Shown: positions 17,398 to 26,497 of the stretch, piece after piece | How positions within the stretch are numbered: the stretch's first letter is position 1 | Layout: the number at the start of each line of letters is the position of its first letter | Assembly (NCBI GenBank): GCA_052386995.1 | Contig: JBQTJP010000288.1 | Coordinates: forward strand, 1 to 31,539 | Direction of reading: 5' to 3' | Length of the DNA stretch: 31,539 bases | Origin: Armatimonadota bacterium | GTDB taxonomy: Bacteria; Sysuimicrobiota; Sysuimicrobiia; Sysuimicrobiales; Humicultoraceae | Position numbers and translations under genes: made by a program | The notes under the pieces: generated by a model | Databases searched by the model: none | The model's input: the letters and a program-made list of their open reading frames with translations, nothing else | What the model was told of the DNA's origin: nothing

Positions 17398-17622
17398 CGA
17401 GATGTGCTCAACCGGCGCCTCGCAGGCTCGGCGCCTCCTCAGCAAGCGGGCTCGCCGCGCTCGCCTGAACGCTGGGACATCCACCCTCTTCAACCGCTAC
17501 CTCGAGATGTGCTCAACCGGCGCCTCGCAGGCTCGGCGCCTCCTCAGCAAGCGGGCTCGCCACGCTCGCCTTCACGCTGGTCGATCTACGCTTCTCAACC
17601 AGGCACACGAGATGTGCCCAAC
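17398..17622. repeat. 105-bp-period tandem repeat (two full units plus a partial third), REP-like with internal hairpins
   Basis: Units start at 17398, 17503 and 17608 (CGAGATGTGCYCAAC). The 78-bp core is 75/78 identical between copies 1 and 2; the 27-bp linkers are only 14/27 identical. Confidence 0.92.
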
Positions 17623-17630
17623 GGTGTCAC

Positions 17631-18959
17631 TCACCTCGGCAACGGCGGAAAGGGCCTGCCGCCGCGGACACGGTCGTCGACGTGGCGCATGAGGCGCCGC
17701 GCCTCCTCGAACTGTTTTAGGAGCCGGTTCACGTCCTGCACCGTCACGCCGCTGCCGCGGGCGATGCGCCGGCGCCGGCTGCCGTCGATGATCGACGGCG
17801 TGTTGCGCTCCTGGAGGGTCATCGATTGAATCATGGCCTCGATCCGTCCAAGCTGCTTCTCGTCGACCGTCAGTCCGGCCGCCTTGGCCTTCGCCGCCCC
17901 CGGGATCATCTCGAGAAGTTGATCAAGCGGGCCCATTTGCCGTACCGCACGGAGCTGCTCCAGGAAGTCGGCCAGCGTGAACTGCGCACGTCGGAGCTTT
18001 CGCTCCATCTCGGCGGCGGCCTCCGCGCTCATCGTTGCCTCCGCGCGCTCGATCAGCGTCAGGACATCCCCCATCCCGAGGATGCGGGCGGCCATACGGT
18101 CGGGATGGAACGGCTCCAGCGCCTCGGGCCGCTCGCCGGTCCCCGCGAAGAGGATCGGCCGGCCGATCGTCGCCACTACGGACAGCGCTGCGCCGCCGCG
18201 CGCATCGCCGTCGAGCTTGGTCAGGATGACGCCGTCGATCGGCAGTCGGGACACGAATTGCTCTGCGCTGCGGACCGCGTCCTGACCCGTCATTGCGTCG
18301 AGCACGAGGATGGTCTCATGCGGACCCAGCGCGCTACGCATCGCTGACAGCTCGGCCATCAGCGCGTCGTCGACGTGCTGGCGCCCGGCTGAATCGATGA
18401 TGATGAGGTCCCGGCCTTCGGCACCGGCCGACTCGACCGCGGCCCGGGCGACGGCCACGGGATCCCTGGCTCGCCCGGGCGTGTGAACCGGCACGCCGAC
18501 CTGACGGCCGACGACCTCCAGCTGCTGCACGGCAGCCGGGCGCTGCAGGTCGGTCGCTACCAGCAGCGGGGCGCGGCCGCGGCGCTTGAAGAACGCCGCG
18601 AGTTTGGCCGCTGTCGTCGTCTTGCCGACACCGTTGAGGCCGACCAGCAGAACGATCGTCGGCGGGGCGCCGGCCAGCCGCACCTCGCGCGCAGTACCGC
18701 CCAACAGGCGGGTCAGCTCATCGTGCACGATCTTGACGACCTGCTGGCCGGGGCTGAGATGCTTCCAGACTTCCTGGCCGACGGCCGCCTCGCGGATGCG
18801 GCCGACGAAGTCGCGGGCAACCTTGAAATTGACGTCCGCCTCCAAGAGCGCGAGGCGGACGTCGCGCAGCGCGGCGTCGACGTCCTCAAGCTGCAACGTG
18901 CCGCGGCCGGTGACTTTGCGGAGGATATCCCCCAGGCGGTTCTGCAGGCCTTCAAACAT
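17631..18959 (-). CDS. ffh: Signal recognition particle protein Ffh
   Basis: MFEGLQNRL, ALLEADV, GLNGVGKTT, DLQRPAA, DSAGR, TKLDGDARGG and the M domain. ATG 18959 overlaps the upstream stop. Confidence 0.98.
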   Translation of the reverse strand: MFEGLQNRLGDILRKVTGRGTLQLEDVDAALRDVRLALLEADVNFKVARDFVGRIREAAVGQEVWKHLSPGQQVVKIVHDELTRLLGGTAREVRLAGAPPTIVLLVGLNGVGKTTTAAKLAAFFKRRGRAPLLVATDLQRPAAVQQLEVVGRQVGVPVHTPGRARDPVAVARAAVESAGAEGRDLIIIDSAGRQHVDDALMAELSAMRSALGPHETILVLDAMTGQDAVRSAEQFVSRLPIDGVILTKLDGDARGGAALSVVATIGRPILFAGTGERPEALEPFHPDRMAARILGMGDVLTLIERAEATMSAEAAAEMERKLRRAQFTLADFLEQLRAVRQMGPLDQLLEMIPGAAKAKAAGLTVDEKQLGRIEAMIQSMTLQERNTPSIIDGSRRRRIARGSGVTVQDVNRLLKQFEEARRLMRHVDDRVRGGRPFPPLPR

Positions 18960-19872
18960 CCCCGGTCTCTCCTGCGACGCCCTGCTCCCGCGGGCCGCGG
19001 ATGGCTTCGTAGACGCGATAGCCGGCGGAGGTGCGGATCTTCCGGACGTGGCCGAATCGCTCCCCGGCGAGACGCGCCAGCGTCTTGGCCCCTTGTGCCG
19101 TGCGCGCAACGAAGTACAAGCGCCCACCCGGGCGCAGGATGCGCCGCGCGTCGTCGATCAAGCGCAAAACGACGCCGCGTCCCTGGCGGATCGGCGGGTT
19201 CATGACGACGACGTCGAGCGCACCGGACCGGATCGCCGCCGCTCCGTCGCCCACAAGGACGCGGACGTTGCGCAGCGTGCAGCGGTCCACATTGGCACGC
19301 GCCAGCGCCGCCGCGCGCCGGTTGATCTCGATCAGCATCGCGCCTCCCTTCGGCGCGAGTGAGGCGGCCACCAGGCCGATCGGCCCGTATCCGCAGCCCA
19401 GGTCGAGGACGCGGTCGTGTGCATCGATGCGCATGGTCTCGATCAGCACGCGTGTGCCAGCGTCCACGCCCCTGTGCGCAAACACCCCGCTCGCGACCTC
19501 GAAGACCCAGGGACGCCCTCGCAGCGTGGCTTGCAGCGTGCGCGGGCGCAGGCGCGAGACCGGCACCGGAGTCGAATAGTGCTCGGGCTGGGCACGCTCG
19601 GGTCGTTTCTCCTCGCGCCGCGTCCGATTTGCCTTCTCCGCGTTCCCCGCCAGGTGCAGCGCGGCCTCGTACCGCTCGAGGGCGCCAACCGCGCGACGCA
19701 GCCCGTCATGCACGGCCTGCCGGGAGACGCGCATCTGCGCGGCGATCTCGCCCAGCGACAGGTCGTCCTGATAGTAGCGTTGCAAGAGCCGCTGTTGCTG
19801 CGCGGTCAGCAGGCGCCCGTAGGCGTCGAACATCCGGTTGGCGCGATCGCGGTCGGCGAGGGCCCGGTCCAT
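18952..19872 (-). CDS. YlxM (UPF0122, sigma-region-4-like HTH) fused to a class I SAM methyltransferase (RsmC/YbxB-like)
   Basis: Residues ~1-75 (FDAYGRLLTAQQ...YYQDDLSLGEIA...VSRQAVHD...LERYE) match YlxM. Residues ~97-290 (EHY, SGVF, VDAGT, LDLGCGYGPIG, NPPIR, QGA) match a small-domain methyltransferase. One uninterrupted frame. Confidence 0.88.
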   Translation of the reverse strand: MDRALADRDRANRMFDAYGRLLTAQQQRLLQRYYQDDLSLGEIAAQMRVSRQAVHDGLRRAVGALERYEAALHLAGNAEKANRTRREEKRPERAQPEHYSTPVPVSRLRPRTLQATLRGRPWVFEVASGVFAHRGVDAGTRVLIETMRIDAHDRVLDLGCGYGPIGLVAASLAPKGGAMLIEINRRAAALARANVDRCTLRNVRVLVGDGAAAIRSGALDVVVMNPPIRQGRGVVLRLIDDARRILRPGGRLYFVARTAQGAKTLARLAGERFGHVRKIRTSAGYRVYEAIRGPREQGVAGETGDV

Positions 19873-19879
19873 TGAAATC

Positions 19880-19901
19880 TGTCAAGGGGAAACCCTTGAC
19901 A
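19880..19901. promoter_or_regulatory. Perfect inverted repeat TGTCAAGGG-GAAA-CCCTTGACA, candidate operator or leader hairpin of ylxM-ffh
   Basis: 9-bp perfect arms with a 4-nt spacer, lying between the predicted promoter and the ATG at 19872. Confidence 0.7.
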
Positions 19902-19909
19902 CCGAAACC

Positions 19910-19938
19910 ACGATACGAGGTTCCGCGCCTCCTGTCAA
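19910..19938 (-). promoter_or_regulatory. Sigma70-type promoter of the ylxM fusion-ffh unit
   Basis: TTGACA(19938-19933)-N17-TATCGT(19915-19910). Confidence 0.75.
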
Positions 19939-19962
19939 TCTGGAAACTACCGACGCGCGGGA

Positions 19963-20871
19963 TTACGAGCCGAGCAGGGCGGCAGCGAAGGCGCCTGGGT
20001 CGAACGGCGCGAGATCGTCCAGGCCTTCGCCCGTGCCGATGAAGACGATCGGGACGCGGAGCTGGTCGGCGACGGCCAGCACGATGCCGCCCTTCGCGGT
20101 TCCGTCGAGTTTCGTGAGCACCACGCCCGTCAGTCCGACCGCCTCGTTGAACGCGCGTGCCTGCGCCAGTCCATTCTGTCCGGTGGTGGCATCCAGCACC
20201 AGCAGGCGCTCGATTGGGGCGCCGGGAAGCGCCTTCGCCAGCACCCGGTCAACCTTCTTGAGCTCCTCCATGAGGTTGACCTTGGTGTGCAGGCGGCCGG
20301 CGGTGTCGATGATGACGACGTCGGCGCGACGCGCCAGCGCGGCCTGCGCCGCATCGAAGGCGACCGCGGCGGGGTCTGCGCCGACCTGGTGCCGGACGAC
20401 GGGAACGCCCACCCGCTCGGCCCAGACTTCCAACTGCTCGATCGCCGCGGCCCGGAAGGTGTCGCCCGCGGCGAGCAGCACGCGGCGTCCGCGCTCCTTC
20501 AGCCTATGGGCGAGTTTCCCGATCGTGGTCGTCTTGCCCGAGCCGTTGACGCCGAGAATGACGATCGCCGCCGGCGGCGGGTCGATCTGCAGCACACCCG
20601 GCGGGCCCAGGTGGTCGCGGATGATCGCGGCCAGAGCCGTGCGGAGGCCTTCGGCGGTGCGCGCGCCCGCGCCCTCCTTGCGCAGCCGCTCCGTGATCTG
20701 CGCGGCGAGCGCCGCGCCGACATCGGCACCGATGAGCGCCTCTTCAAGCTCGGTGAAGAACGATTCATCGAGGGGACCCGCTAACAGCGCATCGACGCGC
20801 GCGGTCAGCGTTTCCCGCGTCCGGCCGAGCGTGGAGCGCAGCCGGCCGAGCCACGACCCCTCGCCGGACAC
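19963..20871 (-). CDS. ftsY: SRP receptor FtsY
   Basis: ELEEALIGADVG, GVNGSGKTTTIGKLA, DTFRAAA, DTAGRL and TKLDGTAKGG. Probable start is GTG 20871, just after the smc stop. Confidence 0.97.
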   Translation of the reverse strand: MSGEGSWLGRLRSTLGRTRETLTARVDALLAGPLDESFFTELEEALIGADVGAALAAQITERLRKEGAGARTAEGLRTALAAIIRDHLGPPGVLQIDPPPAAIVILGVNGSGKTTTIGKLAHRLKERGRRVLLAAGDTFRAAAIEQLEVWAERVGVPVVRHQVGADPAAVAFDAAQAALARRADVVIIDTAGRLHTKVNLMEELKKVDRVLAKALPGAPIERLLVLDATTGQNGLAQARAFNEAVGLTGVVLTKLDGTAKGGIVLAVADQLRVPIVFIGTGEGLDDLAPFDPGAFAAALLGS

Positions 20872-20887
20872 AGTCGGCTGCTCGCCG

Positions 20888-23800
20888 CTATTCGGCCGGG
20901 AGGGCGACGGTCTCGCGTTGCGGCTCGGCGCGAGAAGACGCCGGCACCAGGCGTAGTGACACCAGTGAGGACACACCCGGTTCCTGCATCGTCACGCCGT
21001 AGAGCACGTCGGAGGCGGCCATGGTGCCCTTGTTGTGGGTAATGATCAGCACCTGCGTCTGCTCCGCCAGGTTGCGCAGCAGCGTGGTGAACCGTTTCGT
21101 GTTGGCGTCATCGAGCGCGGCCTCGACCTCGTCAAAGATGCAGAACGGGCTCGGATGAACGCGCAGCATCGCGAAGATCAGCGACAGCGCGACCAGCACC
21201 CGCTCGCCTCCAGAGAGTGCGACGAGAGACCGGCGCGCCTTGCCGGGGAGCTGCGCGATGACTTCCAGCCCGGGCTCGGCATCGGGCTCCGCCTCCACCA
21301 GCTCCAGATACGCTTCGCCCCCTTCGAACAGGCGCTGGAAGAGGCGGCCGAACTCGCGGTCGACTTCCTCGAACGTCTTGCGGAACCCGGCGCGCAGCGC
21401 GGCGTTGATCTGCACGATGGCCTGACGCAGCGCGTCGCCGGCATCACGCAGGTCGGTGGTCTGCGCCCGCAGCAGGTCGAGTCGCTCGGTGAGGGCGGTG
21501 TGCTCGTCGATGGCGCGCAGGTTCACCGCTCCCAGCGCCGCCAACGCAGCACGCACGTCCGCCACGCGGCGTGTGACCTCCTCGCGGCTCCCCTCCAGAC
21601 GTCGGGCTGCGGCGGCCTCCAGCGTAATCCCGAACTCCTGGTCCAGGCGTGCGGCCGCGGCGCCGAGTTCGGCGTCGGCCTGGGCCCAGCGGACCTCCGT
21701 GCGGTGCACCGCGGCCTCTGCTTCCCGCCGGGCGTCGAGTGCGGCCTGCTGGGCTGCCGCACGCGAGCCGAGGTCATCGCGCCAGCGCGCCCGTTCGGCA
21801 GTCACCCGTTCGATGTCGGCCTTCCCGTCCGCTTGCTTCGCGCGCAGCGCATCGCAGACCGATGCCGCCCGCTCGCGCTGCATGCCGATGGCGGCCAGCT
21901 CGGTGGTGAGCTGCCCGCCCGCCGCGGTCAGGTCGCTCCGGCGCAAGTCGAGCTCGCCGATCGTGGTCTCACGATCGGTCAGCCGCACGCGCAGCGCCTC
22001 GGCGTGCCCATCGATCCTGACCATCGTCATGCGATGGGTCGTCAAGGCGGATGCCGCCGCGTCGCGGGCTGCCGTCGCGCGCGTCAGGTCCTTCTCCAGA
22101 TCTGCGGTCTGATCGTCGGCGCGCCGCGCTTCCGCTTCGAGGTCACCGGCACTCGCCTCGAGACGTGCGATGTCGGCCAGAAGCGCTTGCAGCGCCTCGG
22201 TGCGCGGACGATCTTCGGCGGCAACGGCCCGCTGCTCGTCTGCCAGCCGGCTCCCTTTGTCGTCGAGGCGCTCGCGCTCTTGCTGCCTGGCGGCCGCCGC
22301 TGCGACCGCGCGGTCGCGGTCATCCCGTGCCGCGGTCATCGCCACCTCGGCGGCCCTCGCACGCTGCGCCGCGACATCGCGGCGGGCGCCGGCCTCGCTC
22401 TTCCGGCGCTCCACCACCCCCAGCATCTGCCGGAGCTCGGCGATGGCCTGCCCGCGTCCGAGCGGACTGGCGTCGGAGATCGCACGGCCGCGGAGGAACA
22501 CGGCGCCGTCGGGCATCAGCGCGTGGCCGCTGCGCGTGACAATGCGCCCCGCAAACCCGGTCGCAAACACCTGCCATGCCGCCGTCAGATCGGCGACAAC
22601 GGCGACGTCTCCGAGCAGAGCCTCGGCAAGCGGCGTGAGCCCACCGGTGACCTTTACGAGGTCGGCCGCACGCAGCGCATCCGCGCCGATCCGTGCGGTG
22701 GGTACGCCGCCCGCGCGGGGAGGCCGGAGCGTATCCATCGCAAGGACGGCGGCGCCGCCCCGACCCTCCTGCTCGATGAACGCCCGGACGGCGTCAATCT
22801 GCGACCGCGCGTCGACGACCACGCCGTGCAAACGCGGGCCAAGGGCCGCGGCAATCGCCGCGCGATAGTCGGACGGCACCTCGAGCAAATCAGTAACCGC
22901 GCCGCGCAGCCCGGCGAACCGCCCCGGCTCGGCGCGCGCGGCCACCAGGACAGCCTGCACGCCCTCGTCCAGTCCCGCGAACTGGTCGTGCGCCTCTTCG
23001 AGCGACCCCAGCCGCGTGCGGGTACGATCCTCCTCCAGTTCAGCCGCGCGGACGTGTTCGCTCTCGGTGGAGAAGGCATCTTTGGCGAAGGTCAGCGAGT
23101 CCACGCACCGGGCCAGCGCGGCTTCGGCCTCCTCCGCCCTGCGGAGGGCCGCCGCGTACGCCTCACGCGCGGCGCGCTGCTCGTCGACAAGACGCGCCGT
23201 CGTCTGGTCCAGCGCCGCGGCCTTTCGTGCCGCGGCGTCGATGGCCTGCCGCAGGACATCGGCGCGCGCCCGCAGCGCCGCAAGGTCGCTCCTCGTCTGC
23301 GCGTGCGTCCGCGCAATCTCGATGCCCTCGGCCCGCGACCGCGCGAGCGCGGCCTCGACGCCTTCAGCATCCTTCACCGCCGCCTGCATCGCGGCCTCGG
23401 CGCTTTCCAGCATACGGGCCTGGTCCCCGCGTTCGCGCGACGCCAGGTCCGCGTCCCGTCGTATCGCCTCGGCCTCCGCGCGCGTCCGGTCGAGCGCGCC
23501 GGCCAGACGCACCTCCTCGGCGGCGGTATCCTGTTGCCGTGCGCGCAGGGACTCCATGCGCGCGTCCAGCGCCTGCACCTCCGCGGTGTGCGCGCTCAAC
23601 CGTTCGACCTCTTCCAAAAGGTTCTGCTGGCGCGCTTCCAGCACGGCCGTCGCCTCGTCGAGTCCCGCCTGGATCGCCTCGACCGCCGCGGCAGCCTCGC
23701 CGGCCCGCGTGTCGGCCACGGTCAGCGCTTCGCGCTCTCGCGCGAGTTGATCCGCGAGGCGCCGGACGGCGCCGAGCAGGCGGCGAGCCTCGTCTGCGAA

Positions 23801-24487
23801 CAGCGCCACTTCCAGGTCACTGAGCTCCTGCGTGTACGCGCGGTGGTGCGTCGCCGCCTCGGCCTGCGCCGCCAGGGCCTGCTGCTGCGCCTCGAGCTCG
23901 TCGAGCACATCGGTCAGGCGTTCAAGATGCGTCTGCGCGTGGGCAAGCCGGCGCTCGGCCTCGACACGCTGCCGCTTGTGACGGGCCAGGCCGGCGGCCT
24001 CTTCGAGCCACTGCCGGCGCTCGACGGGGGTGGCGCGCAGCACCGCGTCCACTTCGCCCTGCCCGATGAGCGCGTAGGAGCGCCCGCCCAGCCCGGTCCC
24101 GAGAAATAACATCTGGATGTCGCGCAGCCGGCAGTCGACGCCGTTGAGCGCGTACTCGCCCTCGCCTCCGCGCGTGACTTTGCGTGAGACCGTGACGTCG
24201 CTAAACTCCAGGGGCAGCACCCCTGCGCCGTTGTCCAGGGTGAGAGACACCTGCGCCAGGCTGTGCGGCCGGCGGCCGGTGCTGCCGGCGAAGATGACGT
24301 CGTCCATTCTTGCGCCGCGCAGGAGGCGCGGGTTCATCTCACCCAGCGCCCAGCGGATCCCATCGAAGATGTTACTCTTGCCGCTACCGTTGGGACCGAC
24401 GATGGCGGTGATTCCCGGGTGGAAGTCGAGCTCGGTCCGCCCGACGAAGGTCTTAAAGCCAATCAGCTCCAGGCGTCTGAGCTGCAC
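20888..24487 (-). CDS. smc: Chromosome segregation protein SMC
   Basis: Walker A GPNGSGKSN, long coiled coils with a central hinge, LSGGE signature and Walker B IFDEVEAALD. GAGGAGGAG RBS. Confidence 0.98.
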   Translation of the reverse strand: MQLRRLELIGFKTFVGRTELDFHPGITAIVGPNGSGKSNIFDGIRWALGEMNPRLLRGARMDDVIFAGSTGRRPHSLAQVSLTLDNGAGVLPLEFSDVTVSRKVTRGGEGEYALNGVDCRLRDIQMLFLGTGLGGRSYALIGQGEVDAVLRATPVERRQWLEEAAGLARHKRQRVEAERRLAHAQTHLERLTDVLDELEAQQQALAAQAEAATHHRAYTQELSDLEVALFADEARRLLGAVRRLADQLAREREALTVADTRAGEAAAAVEAIQAGLDEATAVLEARQQNLLEEVERLSAHTAEVQALDARMESLRARQQDTAAEEVRLAGALDRTRAEAEAIRRDADLASRERGDQARMLESAEAAMQAAVKDAEGVEAALARSRAEGIEIARTHAQTRSDLAALRARADVLRQAIDAAARKAAALDQTTARLVDEQRAAREAYAAALRRAEEAEAALARCVDSLTFAKDAFSTESEHVRAAELEEDRTRTRLGSLEEAHDQFAGLDEGVQAVLVAARAEPGRFAGLRGAVTDLLEVPSDYRAAIAAALGPRLHGVVVDARSQIDAVRAFIEQEGRGGAAVLAMDTLRPPRAGGVPTARIGADALRAADLVKVTGGLTPLAEALLGDVAVVADLTAAWQVFATGFAGRIVTRSGHALMPDGAVFLRGRAISDASPLGRGQAIAELRQMLGVVERRKSEAGARRDVAAQRARAAEVAMTAARDDRDRAVAAAAARQQERERLDDKGSRLADEQRAVAAEDRPRTEALQALLADIARLEASAGDLEAEARRADDQTADLEKDLTRATAARDAAASALTTHRMTMVRIDGHAEALRVRLTDRETTIGELDLRRSDLTAAGGQLTTELAAIGMQRERAASVCDALRAKQADGKADIERVTAERARWRDDLGSRAAAQQAALDARREAEAAVHRTEVRWAQADAELGAAAARLDQEFGITLEAAAARRLEGSREEVTRRVADVRAALAALGAVNLRAIDEHTALTERLDLLRAQTTDLRDAGDALRQAIVQINAALRAGFRKTFEEVDREFGRLFQRLFEGGEAYLELVEAEPDAEPGLEVIAQLPGKARRSLVALSGGERVLVALSLIFAMLRVHPSPFCIFDEVEAALDDANTKRFTTLLRNLAEQTQVLIITHNKGTMAASDVLYGVTMQEPGVSSLVSLRLVPASSRAEPQRETVALPAE

Positions 24488-24562
24488 GCTCCGTCTCCTC
24501 CTCGACTCGGGCCGCTCGTGCGGCCCGCCCGTGCCGTCTACGCCGCGTTGGCGGCGTGGGGA

Positions 24563-25780
24563 TCAATCGGGCGCTGCGATGACGGGTGCATCCTGTGCCA
24601 TGCAACGATACAGTTCCACGAGTTGATGTGTGAGGGCCTCGATCGCATAGGCCCGGGCGGCCACACGGCCTCGGGCCGCCAGGCTGCGGCGAAGCGGCGC
24701 GTCCTCCAACAGCCTGTGGATCGCCGACCCCAGCGCCGACGGATGAGGATCGGTCAGCAGTCCGCCATCGGCGCCGACCACCTCGGCCACGCCGCCGGCG
24801 CCGACGGCTACGACCGGCAGCCCCGCGGCCATCGCCTCGACGATGACCAGACCCTGCGTCTCGGTGGGCGACGCAAATGCGAAGATGTCCGCCGCCGCGT
24901 AACAATCAAGCACGCGATCGTGCGGCAGCGGCCCGGTGAAGATGACCTGCACACCGATGCCGAGCTCACCGACCAGCCGCCGCAGCGCCGTCTCCTGTGG
25001 TCCGCCGCCGACGACGAGCAGCCGCGCCGAATCGCCCGCAGTCGCTCGGGCGAACGCGGTCAGCAGGACGTCGAAGCGCTTCTCGGGCGCCAGGCGTCCG
25101 ACCGTGATCACCAGCGGCGCGTCGGAGCGCACGCCGTAGCGGGGACGCACCCACGCGGGGTCGAGCCGCGCGAATCGCTCCGGTTCGAACCCCGCGGTGG
25201 CGAGCACCGTGATCGGCGTCGTCACACCGATCCGGTGCAGCCAGTCCTGCACCGCCCGCGACGGCGCGATGACGGCCGTGCAGAGGTTGCAGTAGCGGGC
25301 CGTGTACCGCGTGACGACCTCGCGCGAGAACCGTTGCGAGACCAGCGGCACGTAGTGCACGTATTCCGCGTACATCGTGTGATGCGTGAAGATCAGCGGC
25401 AGACGCAATCGCCGCGCCGCGTAGCGGCCCGCCGCTCCCATCAGAAACGGGGAGTGCGTGTGGATGGCCGTCAGGCGCCTGGCGCGCACTTTGGCCAGGA
25501 AACGCCGGTCCAGTGGAATCGCGAGTGGAAAGTCCGGATGCCCGGGCGGACGGACAGACGGGAAGCGGACGACATCCGGGTCGGCGTCGGTGTACCCGCG
25601 ATACGCCGGCGCGTAGATCGAGGCGTGATGCCCCTGACGACGCAGCTCGGTGACGAACGTCTCGACCGATCGGACAACGCCGCTGATGCGCGGGAGGTAC
25701 GAATCGGTGAACACCCCGACGCGCACGGGTGCCGGATCCGCTGCGGCTTCCGCCGCGGGCTCAGGGGGAGGCGTCTTCAC
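24563..25780 (-). CDS. GT4 family glycosyltransferase (resembles glycosyl-diacylglycerol synthases)
   Basis: VGVFTDSYLPRISGVV, IHTHSPF, HHTMY, VGRLAPEK and the EX7E motif ETQGLVIVE. GTG 25780 overlaps the DUF402 stop. Substrate is inferred. Confidence 0.9.
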   Translation of the reverse strand: MKTPPPEPAAEAAADPAPVRVGVFTDSYLPRISGVVRSVETFVTELRRQGHHASIYAPAYRGYTDADPDVVRFPSVRPPGHPDFPLAIPLDRRFLAKVRARRLTAIHTHSPFLMGAAGRYAARRLRLPLIFTHHTMYAEYVHYVPLVSQRFSREVVTRYTARYCNLCTAVIAPSRAVQDWLHRIGVTTPITVLATAGFEPERFARLDPAWVRPRYGVRSDAPLVITVGRLAPEKRFDVLLTAFARATAGDSARLLVVGGGPQETALRRLVGELGIGVQVIFTGPLPHDRVLDCYAAADIFAFASPTETQGLVIVEAMAAGLPVVAVGAGGVAEVVGADGGLLTDPHPSALGSAIHRLLEDAPLRRSLAARGRVAARAYAIEALTHQLVELYRCMAQDAPVIAAPD

Positions 25781-26283
25781 GATCTCCCAGACGCGGCGGT
25801 ATCGTGTGAGGACCGGGCCCTGGCGCTGTGCGCCGCCACCTCCGCGGCGACCGCCGCGGTGCTGGTGCTGAGCGCGTCGCGCGCGCGCGAGATCATGGCC
25901 TGCGCCCACGCCGGGGCCCCCTGGGCTTCGTCGTCGTCGAGGACCTCAACGTGGCCGTCGGGCCAGACCAGCAGATCGAGGGCCAGATCACGCCAGCGCA
26001 CCTCGTGCGGGCCGAGCTCGACCTCGGTGGCCGCGTTGAGATAGATGCCCAACGTCCGGCCGTCCCCGTCGAACCAGTGGTAGGCGGTGTACGGACGGTC
26101 CGGCCAGAAGTGGCCGATCGTCTCCGTGCCCGCCGGCAGCGCGAGATCGCCCACCCTCGCCGGCTCGGTCGTAACATACCGGATTGCCAGCCAGCCGGAG
26201 GTCCGGGTCAGCAGGGTGCAGTGGAACCTGTGTTCCCTCCCATCGAGCGTGCGCTTGATCTCGAGCACATCGGTGTCGGTCAT
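25777..26283 (-). CDS. DUF402 domain protein
   Basis: FWPDRPY, GIYLNAA and WRDLALDLLVWPDG...VLDDDE match the DUF402 pattern; ATG 26283. Confidence 0.8.
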   Translation of the reverse strand: MTDTDVLEIKRTLDGREHRFHCTLLTRTSGWLAIRYVTTEPARVGDLALPAGTETIGHFWPDRPYTAYHWFDGDGRTLGIYLNAATEVELGPHEVRWRDLALDLLVWPDGHVEVLDDDEAQGAPAWAQAMISRARDALSTSTAAVAAEVAAHSARARSSHDTAASGRS

Positions 26284-26372
26284 TGGGCGGCCCGCGGAAG
26301 TCACTCGAAGGGGACGAGGCGGCGCCCTCGCGCCGCCCCGCGCGATCATCGTCGATATGTCGTGTTCTGTTC

Positions 26373-26451
26373 TGGTCGGGGAGGGGGGATTTGAACCCCC
26401 GGCCTCAGCGTCCCGAACGCTGCGCGCTAAACCAAGCTGCGCCACTCCCCG
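26373..26451 (-). tRNA. tRNA-Pro (anticodon CGG), CCA encoded
   Basis: Acceptor stem CGGGGAG/CTCCCCG-A-CCA, anticodon arm CAGCG-TTCGGGA-CGCTG and T-loop GGTTCAAATCC. Confidence 0.97.
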
Positions 26452-26462
26452 ACGCCGCCCCC

Positions 26463-26491
26463 ATTGTAATCAGCGCGGCGGGAGCGGACAA
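26463..26491 (-). promoter_or_regulatory. Sigma70-type promoter of tRNA-Pro
   Basis: TTGTCC(26491-26486)-N17-TACAAT(26468-26463), followed by a GC-rich discriminator; the -10 ends 11 bp before the tRNA. Confidence 0.75.
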
Positions 26492-26497
26492 GCCATT

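Noticed and set aside
17398..17622. CRISPR array interpretation of the 105-bp repeat
   Set aside because: The 78-bp repeat is too long, there are only two full units, the linkers resemble each other, and no cas genes are in the window.
17365..17829. 154-aa plus-strand ORF with 35-aa repeats
   Set aside because: It arises because the 105-bp period is a multiple of 3; it overlaps rpsP and ffh antisense and has no RBS.
21035..24109. 1024-aa plus-strand ORF
   Set aside because: Antisense shadow of smc caused by GC-rich codon bias; no recognisable motifs.
26284..26451. tRNA-Pro as an integration site of a genomic island
   Set aside because: No duplicated tRNA 3' end and no integrase were seen nearby.
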